Part shown: one piece after another, positions 52,649-64,000 of the stretch
Numbering within the stretch: position 1 is the stretch's first letter
How the letters are laid out: the number at the start of each line of letters is the position of its first letter
DNA from: Podarcis melisellensis
Taxonomy: Eukaryota
Assembly: GCA_964234715.1 (NCBI GenBank)
Contig: OZ174279.1
Direction: 5' to 3' (one strand)
DNA length: 64,000 nucleotides
Made by a program: the position numbers and the translations under genes
The notes under the pieces: generated by a model
Databases searched by the model: none
What the model saw: only the letters and a program-made list of their open reading frames with translations
What the model was told of the DNA's origin: nothing

Positions 52649-53474
52649 NNNNNNNNNNNNNNNNNNNNNNNNNNNNNNNNNNNNNNNNNNNNNNNNNNNN
52701 NNNNNNNNNNNNNNNNNNNNNNNNNNNNNNNNNNNNNNNNNNNNNNNNNNNNNNNNNNNNNNNNNNNNNNNNNNNNNNNNNNNNNNNNNNNNNNNNNNNN
52801 NNNNNNNNNNNNNNNNNNNNNNNNNNNNNNNNNNNNNNNNNNNNNNNNNNNNNNNNNNNNAAAAGGAGTTCATTTCTGGGCCTTGTGCGTTCATGCTAGT
52901 ATGCAGAAACTGATTAATTGTCGTCGTGTGCTGGTCGGCTGTNNNNNNNNNNNNNNNNNNNNNNNNNNNNNNNNNNNNNNNNNNNNNNNNNNNNNNNNNN
53001 NNNNNNNNNNNNNNNNNNNNNNNNNNNNNNNNNNNNNNNNNNNNNNNNNNNNNNNNNNNNNNNNNNNNNNNNNNNNNNNNNNNNNNNNNNNNNNNNNNNN
53101 NNNNNNNNNNNNNNNNNNNNNNNNNNNNNNNNNNNNNNNNNNNNNNNNNNNNNNNNNNNNNNNNNNNNNNNNNNNNNNNNNNNNNNNNNNNNNNNNNNNN
53201 NNNNNNNNNNNNNNNNNNNNNNNNNNNNNNNNNNNNNNNNNNNNNNNNNNACAGCTGAGCATCTCCTTTGCACAAAGCCCCCAAGCGCAAGGCTNNNNNN
53301 NNNNNNNNNNNNNNNNNNNNNNNNNNNNNNNNNNNNNNNNNNNNNNNNNNNNNNNNNNNNNNNNNNNNNNNNNNNNNNNNNNNNNNNNNNNNNNNNNNNN
53401 NNNNNNNNNNNNNNNNNNNNNNNNNNNNNNNNNNNNNNNNNNNNNNNNNNNNNNNNNNNNNNNNNNNNNNNNNN
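52649..53474. other. Three N-runs (52649-52860, 52943-53250, 53295-53474) separated by 82-bp and 44-bp islands
   Basis: Read directly. Confidence 0.99.
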
Positions 53475-55807
53475 GGAAAAATATATATTGTTTATGCAGG
53501 CAAAACACTTGTCATTATCCCAGAGGCCAGAATTGGTCTTTAAAACATCCTATTGCCTTTAAAACCTGCAACCAATAAGGAAAATTGCATGCTTGCTTTT
53601 GGGGGAGAAAAGCAGTTACAAATGTCTTGTCATGTGCATTCCCTATTTTAGCAGAGCTTCTGGTGACAAACAAATCTCTTCCAAACAAGTAGGACTTATG
53701 CAAGCCAATGTATATGAATAGACAAGGATATCTGGAACAGGGGCAGAGGGAGATGAGAAGAGAAATGAAATGAGCTGGTAGGGATTAAACATGTATAGCC
53801 TGACATGAGCATTTCTGGTCTATAAAACAGACACAGAAGCAGCAGAGTCAGTTTGCAACTAATTCCGTAAGTACCTCAAGGACAATCTATAAGGTCAAAC
53901 ACAACATTCTAGGTACTTTGACAGGCTGATGTTAGGTTTCCTGGTAGTCCAGGGGAGAGGTTTTTGTGCCCAAATTGGATTTCATAATCTTGTGGGACAC
54001 TGCAGGGGGTAAGCAAGTAAGGGCTGAAAAAATTCATTTGAATTACTTTTGCGACTCTGCCACAGTATGGATTAAAGAGAAGGAGGGAAATAAATGCCAA
54101 TCTAATGGTTGCAGGAGAGTAAAATTCCTATAGTCCCTTTCCAATAACCTTTGTAAGTGATAGATGAGTTCAAGAGCCTTGCAACTGTAAAGGGACCGTC
54201 AGCATCCCGATTTCATAAATGCAGTTTGTCAGATTATAAATCTCAGCTCCTTCAAAAAGCACTAGTATGAAAACTGACATAGCTCGTGCAGAAGAAAATG
54301 TAAACTTCTTTACAAAAATTATGGGCTCAACACCCAATTAAATCATTTAACAGACTCCATTCTCTCATCTCAAGAAAAATAACACACTTATGGCCAAAAC
54401 ACAACTTTTGCAATGTTAAGGTTTTGAAGATAAGAATCAGGAAGCAATGCCAAACAGAAACAAACCTCAGACTAGTTCACCAAACTATAGAGAATGGCTT
54501 GAGCCCTGAAGAACTGTGTCAATGATCTGCTCTCTGAACATTCAAACACACTGCAACAAACCAGCAATGCAAACTGCGTTTTCCTAGCTTTTAAGAAGTT
54601 TCATGTAACTGAAGATTTTATTTGTAAGAGGCTTATGTTTACACAAATATGGCAGTAATTTACATTATCATCAATTAAAGGGAGAGTGTGGGAATGTAAA
54701 AATCTTTACAGGTAGTCTCCCTAGTCATCTGATCCAGTGCTATAGGAAATGAGTTTGTTTCCTACAAATTAAAAATACAGGCACCCATATGTCTAACTCT
54801 AGCTTTTAAGGCAAGTTTTAAAGAAACAAATAAGCAATTCCTATAAGGGTGGTGGAAGGGGACAATATGAAACGGTACTTTTCTTACCATGCTGAAGCAC
54901 AGTATTGACTTCATAATATAACCTATCTATTTATTATTTTGAGCCATATCTAAAAATGCTACAACAGCATGTGTCACTGCAGACATGGGCATCAAAACTT
55001 CACCAAAACACAAAGCAAATGGCCACTTCTTTTTCTTAATTTCAAATTATTCATTTATTGAAAAGATTACAGTTAAAATACTTCAGTATCATACAACGGC
55101 ATGTATAAAAGCCCATGTGCATGAAAATGATAAAAGATTTTCAAAATCATCTAAGATTAATAAAGCCAGATTCTTGTAAAATAAAAAGAAGCAACCTAGA
55201 TTATTTTAAGAGCACTAAGTTTTATCTATTAAACAGAGTCTATGAAAGAAGGAAGTCTTCCTGGCTCATATTTATTTCCTAGGAATTTAAAAAGGAACAA
55301 AAGTGGTACATTTTAAAATATTCACAGTTTTGAACCTTAAAAGCTAGTTAACTAGTTCACTTCGATAACATCTTATTTATACAAGTATATATCCAGAGAG
55401 TTTCTGAGTATAATTTTCCACATATTAAGTGAAGAACATTTGCTTCTGCTAATCAGGACATCTGGTTATTTTTATAACTCAGACATCTGCATTAAGCGGA
55501 GCTGTTTCTTAATTTTCCTAACAAGAAGTTAAGATTAGAACTACAGAAATGTTAAGGAATTGTTTGTGGGTTTTCTTTTTAAATACAGTATGTATTTTTA
55601 TTACCTTTTTTGACTATACAATTTTATGGCTAAAGGACATTGGACCATATTTACCAACACATTTTTAGAATAATAGGACAATAGGTAAACTGCAATTTGT
55701 GGGCTCCGCTTTAACTTGCAACAATGCTACATCAAAGAGGGAAACCAGGTCATATGCAACTGGAATGAATCTTTGCTTGTTTGCTCCATTTTCATATCTT
55801 TGTTTAC

Positions 55808-56061
55808 CAAGGGTCAGCAAACCTTTCCAGCAGGGGGCCGGTCCACTGTCCCTCAGACCTTGTGGGGGGCTGGACTATATTTTGGAAAAAAAATAATGAA
55901 CGAATTCCTATGCCCCACAAATAAAATAAAGAGATGCATGTTAAATAAAAGGACACATTCTACTCATGTAAAAACATGCTGATTCCAGGACCATCCGTGG
56001 GCTGGATTTAGAAGGCGACTGGGCCGGATCCAGCCCCCGGGCCTTAGTTTGCCTACCCATG
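55808..56061. mobile_element. hAT-Charlie-like MITE
   Basis: Termini CAAGGGTCAGCAAAC / GTTTGCCTACCCATG; TSD degenerate (gtttac / gtttaaac). Confidence 0.75.
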
Positions 56062-56501
56062 GTTTAAACACACAATACATTTAAAATGCTGGATTCCAGC
56101 ATAGAAGAAGCATCAAATTCAAGAATTGGTCACTTTCATTCTCCCCTCTGCAATGTAATTTAAAACTTTCATGAAGAAAACAAGTTGTCTAGGAACACTT
56201 TCTGAGTAGAGAAAGAACAGCACAAAAACAGACTTTGAACCAATAGTGATATGTCACAGGGGTATCAAAAACATATTTCTATCACTAACAAGAGGCAGCA
56301 GGAGTCAAAAGGTCTGGGGAGGCATTCTTTTTTAAACACTTTATTTATTAAAATTCTCTAGACACAGATTATTCTCAATATTATAGCTTAATCTGCATGG
56401 GAGCTGCAGGTACTTGAAAAATGCATTATAAGGTAGGCTAGCTTCACTGTACATTCTGTATCAATCTTTCCAGATACAGCTTTCTAACTTGTACTCCAAT
56501 A

Positions 56502-56743
56502 CAGTGGTACCTCTGGTTACAAACGCTTCTGGTTACAAACGCTTCAGGTTACGAGCTCTGCTAACCCAGAAGTAGCTGCTCCTGGTTGCAAACTTTGCCC
56601 AAGGATGCGAACAGAAATCGTGTGTTGGAGGCGCGCGCGCAGCGGGAAGCCCAATTCGTGAAAGCACGCCTCACGATAAGAATGGTTTCAGCTTAAGAAT
56701 CGACCTCTGGGACGAATTAAGTTCGTAACCAGAGGTACTACTG
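56502..56743 (-). mobile_element. Tc1/mariner (pogo/Tigger-like) MITE, inverted relative to the copies at 6638 and 17182
   Basis: TA|CAGTGGTACCTC...GAGGTACTACTG|TA; internal gacgaattaagttcgtaacc is the reverse complement of the left-end motif of the other copies. Confidence 0.88.
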
Positions 56744-57850
56744 TATTTGTATCTGCTGTACAAAGCCAGATCCAATGTCTCTTAAAAGTAGCTGAACCCA
56801 GAACTCTCTTACCAATCCTACCCCATAAAACATATCCAGCATTCCTTCTGACAACTCCATACATCTTATACCATCTTTAGGTCCTCATGATCTTGTTATG
56901 CAAACCCACTTCCCTGCCTGATGACCTAATGCCAAGATCATGTTCAGATCCATGGGCATTAATGGGCCTGACCCAAGGCTACCCTTTGAAAACAGCAACC
57001 AGTTGGGAGAAAAGTGAGAGTGAGGATTCAAACTTAATTCTTGGTAAAACTAAGTGATGGAAATGCATGAACTGTATGATTCAAGCACATATGGCATCCT
57101 TTTGAAGCCTATTGCTTGTTTAACCTCTTTCCTTGACTAGCTCTTTGTAAGCCACACCTAATCACTTGCGGCATAGTGATCTGAAGAGCTGAAGTAGCCA
57201 AGAGAAATTTTTACAGAGCTGATCGACATTGGTCTTGTGGCTCCTTAATAATAATAATAAATTGCTGGAAATAAGCAAAGGGATAAGTTCCTCTTGAGAA
57301 GTTCCTGGAACAGAAGCTTGAGGAATTCAATTTTTGTGAATTCCAGTATGACCCGCTCTGATCTGCACTTCCTGGATTAATGTGTGGAATGGAACAGGAT
57401 CATGTTTCAGATTTTGCATGTCTGTGAATTTTGTAATGAAGTTCTCAATTCAAAAAAGTACCAAAATGCATTAAAAAGTATTTTAATATAGCATACATTT
57501 AAAAATGTGTACACTGTGATAAAGTATGTATTTAAATACTTATTTGTGATTTTAAAAAATCAAATTCAAATTTAAAGCATATTTAAAGAATTGCGCATGA
57601 ATATATGGACTTGAAAACAGACCGATCCATCCATTCTAGCTTTTTGCTGACCCACAATCTCCTTTCCTTATTATCTGAACACTTGACTCACACCAGAAGC
57701 TGCCCTCTATTCAAAAATACACTCGATAGCTTTCAGCTGTTGTTCCCAGTTTCTCAACTTGTGATGGTCAAGCAATGTGGGGTGGTCCAATTCCTCTCCT
57801 CCTACTCTTCTATCATCCCTCTTCCTAATGAAGCATACTAACTGCTTTCT

Positions 57851-58113
57851 TGGAAGGACAGATCGTGAAGCTGAGGCTCCAGTACTTTGGCCACCTCATG
57901 AGAAGAGAAGACTCCCTGGAAAAGACCCTGATGTTGGGAAAGATGGAGGGCACAAGGAGAAGGGGGCGACAGAGGACGAGATGGTTAGATAGTGTTTTCG
58001 AGGTTACCAGCATGAGTTTGACCAAACTGCGGGAGGCAGTGGAGGACAGAGGTGCCTGGCGTTCTCTGGTCCATGGGGTCACGAAGAGTCAGACACGACT
58101 AAACAACAACAAC
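57851..58113 (+). mobile_element. BovB (RTE clade) LINE, 5'-truncated 3' end
   Basis: Encodes KLRLQYFGHLMRREDSLEKTLMLGKMEGTRRRGRQRTRWLD...WRSLVHGVTKSQTRL; (AAC)n tail; 11-bp TSD AACTGCTTTCT (57840-57850 / 58114-58124). Confidence 0.95.
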
Positions 58114-61100
58114 AACTGCTTTCTGCACCAAAGTTACTGGCCATCACTTAAGTGTATAATTATCACTCCTTCAAAGCTTGCAGTCTAGAAATCAGTCTTG
58201 CTCTTTGAAATAAGTAGTCCGTACCCTACTGATGTGTGTATACAACCTAATACAGGAGAGCCACCTAAGAAGTTTTATAACAGGGTGAAAGATCCCACAG
58301 TAATTTAAGATTCACCGAGAGACCTGCTATTAAGAATGGGGGACAGACTGAGGGGGAAGCTACTACATATCATTAGAGAACAGAACTACTGCTTCACCTT
58401 GCTCATTGCCCAGTGATTGAGAGAGGCTGCTTGGCCAGGTTAAGGGAGCAGCTGACCCCCACACCCAGCTACAAAGACAGCAGACTACTAATGCATTGTG
58501 CTAGGGGGATGTGGCAGATCACCACAGCAAAAGGCACAGGTTTTTGCTTACAGACACATATACAAAGCAACCACAGAAACTTTGCTTTGTTTCTTTGTTT
58601 TCTGTAGATTTGTTTCTTAGGGAGAGTCTTGTTTGCATTTCCACAAAAACTCAGTAAAATAAATAAAATAAAATAAAAAGCAACCACAAAACACATATGG
58701 TAGCTTTTCTTTCCTGTTCTAACATACTGTACTCTGTTTTTCAGGATACAGCATATGGATGATTCCAAAGCAAAAGTTGCGGGGGAAATCAAACATACTT
58801 CACCCAGCATGGAGCAAAATTCCATGCAAATCATGTTGCCAACTTATGAGGCATCGTTCCTCTATTGTGCTGTTTATCCACTGCTGTTTTACTATGGTGT
58901 ACCCCTCTACATCACTATGATCGAATCCTTAAAAACAAGGGTTTCAATTAACAAAATCTAACTTTGGAAAGCAATCTATCCATCAAAAGAATGGTTTCCA
59001 AAGGAATAAACATTTCCTCACTGACTGAGACAGGGATGTTAGTTTCCCTTTGGTTCCATCAAACTACAGCAACGTGGAAGGCAGGAATATTTGTACAGAA
59101 CAGCTCTTGTACCTAAAGGCCAGTCAGATTTTTGGTTTTTAAAGAAAACGGTACAGCTTTAAGCCAGGGTGTATTAAAAGCCACTATTCACACTCCCTTG
59201 CTTGGACATGAATGGCCTATTAAACCTACAACATATCTGTTTTAGTTAACTTCTGGGTGGGGAGGGGACCAGGAGAGAAACAAAATGTACTTAAATGCAG
59301 GGCTCCCCCCCTCCCTTGGGCTGAATGCCTTTCATCCAATAAGACATTCAAAGCAGTGACCCAGCAAATGGATTGAAAAAGCAATCTTCCGTCTGAGTGC
59401 CACATTATCCTTCCTATTCAGTATTCTCCGAGAGAGATCTCAATCAGCTGGGTGCGTGTGTAAGAGACAGCGCAGCCCATTGCTGGGTTAATTAAACATT
59501 TGACTTTAACACCCTCCCATCATTAAGCAAATAAAAACAGATAATTCAAACCACACTTCATACATAAGGTACACAACAGACGTCAAAAATTTAGAGAGGC
59601 CCAGGCCCCTAGGGGAGTTCCACTGGGGAGATAATCAGTTTAAATCTTAGCTGGTTTATCAATTATTCTATTGATTAAAGTGGAGTGATTATGCAAGACT
59701 CTGCTTTGCCACATGGGATAAACGTCAGAGCAAGACAAACTCGGAAGGCTCAAAACAGTTTTGGAAAGCCAAGAGACCAATATGAGTTCATTACAACTCA
59801 CTTGAGGCACACAGATGAGAAAACTGATTTTGCTTTGTTTATTTTAGGGTGACAGAAGCATTTCTGATCAGAACTCTGTGTGGTTATCTCAACTGAAGCT
59901 TTACAAAAATGCATGTCATGGAATTTAGGCATCTTTTTCTGCACATTCAAATAGAAAACTAATCCTGGAATACATTTAATAGATGCTGGTTCAACAATGA
60001 AAGATACAGAATTTCTTGTGCCCAAACAAGCACTTAAGCATCTTACAGCACTCATATGTACCTTCCGGTCATTGGGATTTTGAGTCAAAAATTCACACAC
60101 ATCATAATATGGAAGCGGGGGAAACCTGAGCTCAGATTTTAGTAATGAAGTGACATCATAAAGTAGTTGGGGGCAAGAGCAAGGCAAAAAGGAGGGCTAT
60201 ATAGTCACTGCATTGCAGCCCAGGAAAAAAAGCAGGAAATGAGGTTCTAGTCACACCACCATTTTTCTGAGGCCCAAGGGGAGGGTTGAGGGGAATTAAA
60301 TTTACAAAATCTGGAGAAAGGAACAAAAAATAAACCAGAAACTGTGTGTCTTTCAATGTACAAATTCCAATCAGAGGAGATATAATCTTTGTATATGGAC
60401 ATGGACACACTGGTTCAAGATGGCTAGTTTTGTCTGCAATTAGTATGACCATTACTAAGTGATGACACTTTCTGTTTAAAAACAGTCTGATTGCTATAAC
60501 AGCATGGTTAAACAGTTTGACAAAATATTCATTTAATGTGGTCTGTTAATTCCTTTTCAGAACTTCTCCATGGCCAGATGTTTCTTTCACTTGGGCAAGG
60601 CCATATTGAGGTCTACAGTCTATTTCGACAGATAAACACATATAGACGACTTTCACTTTCTATTTTATTTTGCATCCTATTTGCTAAATGGTTAGATAGT
60701 GCACTTAGGTACCTGAAGAGTGCAGAATTCCTTCTCTAACACTAGGTATATTTGTAATTATTGTTTGAGTTTCTTAAAAAAAAAACTTAAAGAATGTATA
60801 ATTTTAAATGAAGTGAAAGATATCATGTGCTACCTAAATTAGGTATAACTCATTTCATGTTCTTATTTGCAACATGCTTTACTACTGTGTGAGATATACT
60901 TCAATCTCACCCATTCCTAAAATGTTAATAGCTTCAACGTTACCAGAAATTTTACATCTTGATTCCGAAAGCTTTATTTTAAGCTAAATAATTCCTTGAA
61001 GACTCACACTTCAGCAAGAGGATATCTAGCAGATCACCCAACCCCCAAATGAAGCTTCAATGTGAAAACCTTGGCTGAGTCAGCCTCATTCTTTTCAGGC

Positions 61101-62271
61101 TTCTTCGTGTCTTTTTTTCTTCTTCTACCATTTCTGAATTTAAAACTCTTAGGAATAGTAAGCTTTGTTGAATAAGCATTTGGTGCACATTTTGCTGTTG
61201 TAAATCAATTCATCAGCCCAGATTAAATTTAAGAAATCTATAATCTCAGGAAATCTCCATCTTCCCCCTTGGAATCCAATGCTGAAAAGCACTGAACAGA
61301 TGCAAGTGCAGTTCATTTCTGTAGGGATGCGTCAGCTGATCACCTTGAATTGCCATGTGCAGAAACAAATGTGCAGGAAAGAAGTTAAATTAGCCAGCTG
61401 CAGCCAAAATGACAAAATTGTGCAGGACTGAAAAAATAAACAAATTTGGTGTGGCATAAGCACTTGTAGACCACAGCCTACTTCAAATGCAGGAAGTTTC
61501 CTGGCCACAGAGAGTATCTGATGAAGTGCAACATGAGCCTTTGTAGACTCCAATCAATGACATTAGATGAGCACAGTAGACAGGAAACTTCCTGCATAGA
61601 AAGTAGACTGCAGCTTACAAAAAGCTGCCACAATAAAGGATAACCTTTTAAATGTCTTGGTTGGGGTATGTCAGGCACATGAGACCCCCACCTTGCAAAG
61701 GAGGTCTGTTTTAGTACATGGATGGGGCATTGCCTTGGGCTCCATGGTGGAAGAAAGGCAGTATAAATCTAAGAAAATAAGGTGCTTAGGGTGCCTTTTG
61801 AAATGGCTGATCCTGGGTTCAGAATCGTCTGACACTGTTTACTTGCTAACCATGTAGCAAATTATATGATCAATGTTGTCACTGAATTTATAAAAAAGAA
61901 AGGAGTGTGGTTGAGGACAGAGACAGATAGACACATTGGCTGATGGTTCCTTTTTTCATTCCTGTTATTCAGAAGGTACTCAATGTCCACAAGACTAAAT
62001 ATAATTTATTCTAATGTATGAAATATGTGGTTGTAAGCATCTGGTTGGATACTGTTAGAACAGTATGATGGACTACATGGGACACTGGCATGATTCAGAA
62101 AGCTGTTCTTACGTGCTGGTGCTGTCAAACACCATCCCATTGTTGTTGCTGCTGCTGTTGTTTGGACATGTCCAAAACTAGATCATTGGAACTCAGTCTT
62201 GATGGAAAAAAGAGCTATCACTGGATGCTAATGACCAAAGACTCTTCAGGCAGCAGTAGATGGCATCATTC

Positions 62272-62503
62272 GTGGGGCTGCACCGTTCACCTCCTTCTTG
62301 CTGAGTCGCTGCAGCATACCGGGATGGAAAAAGGGAGGCGTGCAGCAGCAGCAAGGTCAGTATAGTGCAAACACGCCAGCATGTCTCATTCCACTGTTGT
62401 GTTTGCACCATCATGCACTTGTTGTCACACCCTTCATCCTTTCTGTCCTCATAGGCTGCAGCAACTCAACGGGATGGAGGTCAGGTGAGTGCTGCAGTCC
62501 CAC
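62272..62503. mobile_element. Imperfect fold-back (MITE-like) element
   Basis: Nested inverted pairs gtggggctgca / tgcagtcccac, gagtcgctgcagc / gctgcagcaactc, gtgcaaacac / gtgtttgcac. Confidence 0.55.
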
Positions 62504-63504
62504 CACACCTTTAGGTATATTGTTGAGATGCCACACTGCAAGAAGATGTTGAAATGACACCCCATCTATTAACAGCAGCCTAGATGACCATATGTCAGGA
62601 ATGGAAGCTCCAGCTCCAACAGAGGCATTGGTAACAAGAATCTGGAATACTCTTTAATTATTGTTTTGAATTTTGAGTCACTCATTTATAAATGCTTAAT
62701 TACCATGATGAAATTTAAGAATGAAGTATTTAGAACAATTGTGAATGTAAATTAGATTAATGTATTTAATATGGAATAAGAGAGACCGGAAATTATCCTA
62801 TACAAAGGAAATTACTATGTAAATTGAAGTAGCTGCAATTTATACTAAAGCTATGATGCCTAACGGATTGAGAATTATTATGTTAAAAAAACAACAACCC
62901 TGGAATTTTATGAAGTTTTATTTAGGTATGTTATCAGTAGAATAAAGTCAAGACATCTAAGGCTAACAATGGTTTCCCTCTTACCTAGCACCCTGCATTT
63001 TCAACTGTAGTTCCTATACAGAGCAGCCCACAGGCAGATGAATATTTACTAAGCCACTGTACTATTCAACGTGATCTTAAAAGATACCCTGGTCTTCCAT
63101 CCCCCAAATTACTCTTGCCAGGGCAACTAATTATACTGTACTCTATTGTAGAAAGCAACCACTAGCTGCACTTTTGCCATTAGACACAATACAGTACATG
63201 ACTGAGTTTCATCTTGGAGGTGTATAGGACTAGCTGGAAACCTAGAGGAAAAGGTGTGACAATGGCAACACACAAACCCGAGCTTGTGCTTCCTCACTGT
63301 AGAGAACAGGGTACACATGCAAGCTGCCCTGGAATTACATGCAAATCCCATTATACATTTAAGGTCCCTGTCCCCCTGCTGCTTCAGATCTCCAATCTCT
63401 TGCAAAGCCAACTTAAAAAAACCCCCACACAACAACTTACATTAACATGCTGTATTTTACCCTCGCCACCAGAAATACTAAGGGTGCTATTTGTAATTGT
63501 ATTC

Positions 63505-63660
63505 NNNNNNNNNNNNNNNNNNNNNNNNNNNNNNNNNNNNNNNNNNNNNNNNNNNNNNNNNNNNNNNNNNNNNNNNNNNNNNNNNNNNNNNNNNNNNNNN
63601 NNNNNNNNNNNNNNNNNNNNNNNNNNNNNNNNNNNNNNNNNNNNNNNNNNNNNNNNNNNN
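63505..63660. other. N-run (156 bp)
   Basis: Read directly. Confidence 0.99.
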
Positions 63661-64000
63661 CTAAGGCAAGGAGTTACCACACTCAGGGAAAAAAACAGGT
63701 TTCTATGAATTTTTATATCAAGAGCTGGTCCCAGGACAATTTAGGTTCAGAAATAGATTATTTTAAAAAAGCTTTTTGCACAGTGTATGAAATGGATTCT
63801 TTACCACTTACAACTTAACTCTCCCCTACAGGCATTAAGGGGACTCGGACTTTCTGTAGAAAATACTCGTTTCTGTAAACACCAACCGGCAGGAGGCAGT
63901 GAGGCTTCTTTAAAAAACAATGTTTCACTGAAATTAATGAATGATACCCATGCCAAATAGTATTCTGCTAAATGATGGAGTAATAAGGTGCTTCAACTTT

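Noticed and set aside
1-64000. Gene identity as FBXW11 (beta-TrCP2)
   Set aside because: The N-terminal exons NSSEREDC... and TYNSCARLC...[24 protein letters not shown] match BTRC, not FBXW11.

Overview
Squamate (probably lacertid lizard) genomic DNA. The taxon is inferred from Sauria SINEs with ACCTTT tails, a BovB LINE fragment and squamate-type MITEs. The whole window lies inside one minus-strand gene, BTRC (beta-TrCP1/FBXW1A, the F-box/WD40 substrate receptor of an SCF ubiquitin ligase). Four coding exons are visible with canonical AG/GT boundaries and consistent phases: 47994-48071, 39144-39233, 4411-4642 (D dimerisation domain) and 194-380 (F-box). They correspond to exons 3-6 of the long human isoform; the start and the WD40 exons lie outside the window. 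The introns hold many transposon remnants (Sauria SINE, L1, L2, CR1, BovB, Tc1/mariner and hAT MITEs) and microsatellites. Main points of interest: (1) Nine short N-runs look like masking rather than scaffold gaps and sit in non-repetitive, CpG-retaining, homeodomain/SOX-motif-rich flanks, consistent with the conserved enhancers known in BTRC introns within the LBX1-FGF8 regulatory landscape. (2) An ancient AmnSINE1-like (Deu-domain) copy lies in intron 4; this family is known for enhancer exaptation, including an FGF8 enhancer. (3) An L1 insertion shows a complete twin-priming 5' inversion signature. (4) Several unmasked segments look like conserved enhancers. I found no evidence of a novel protein-coding system; the remaining short ORFs look like noise or transposon fragments.
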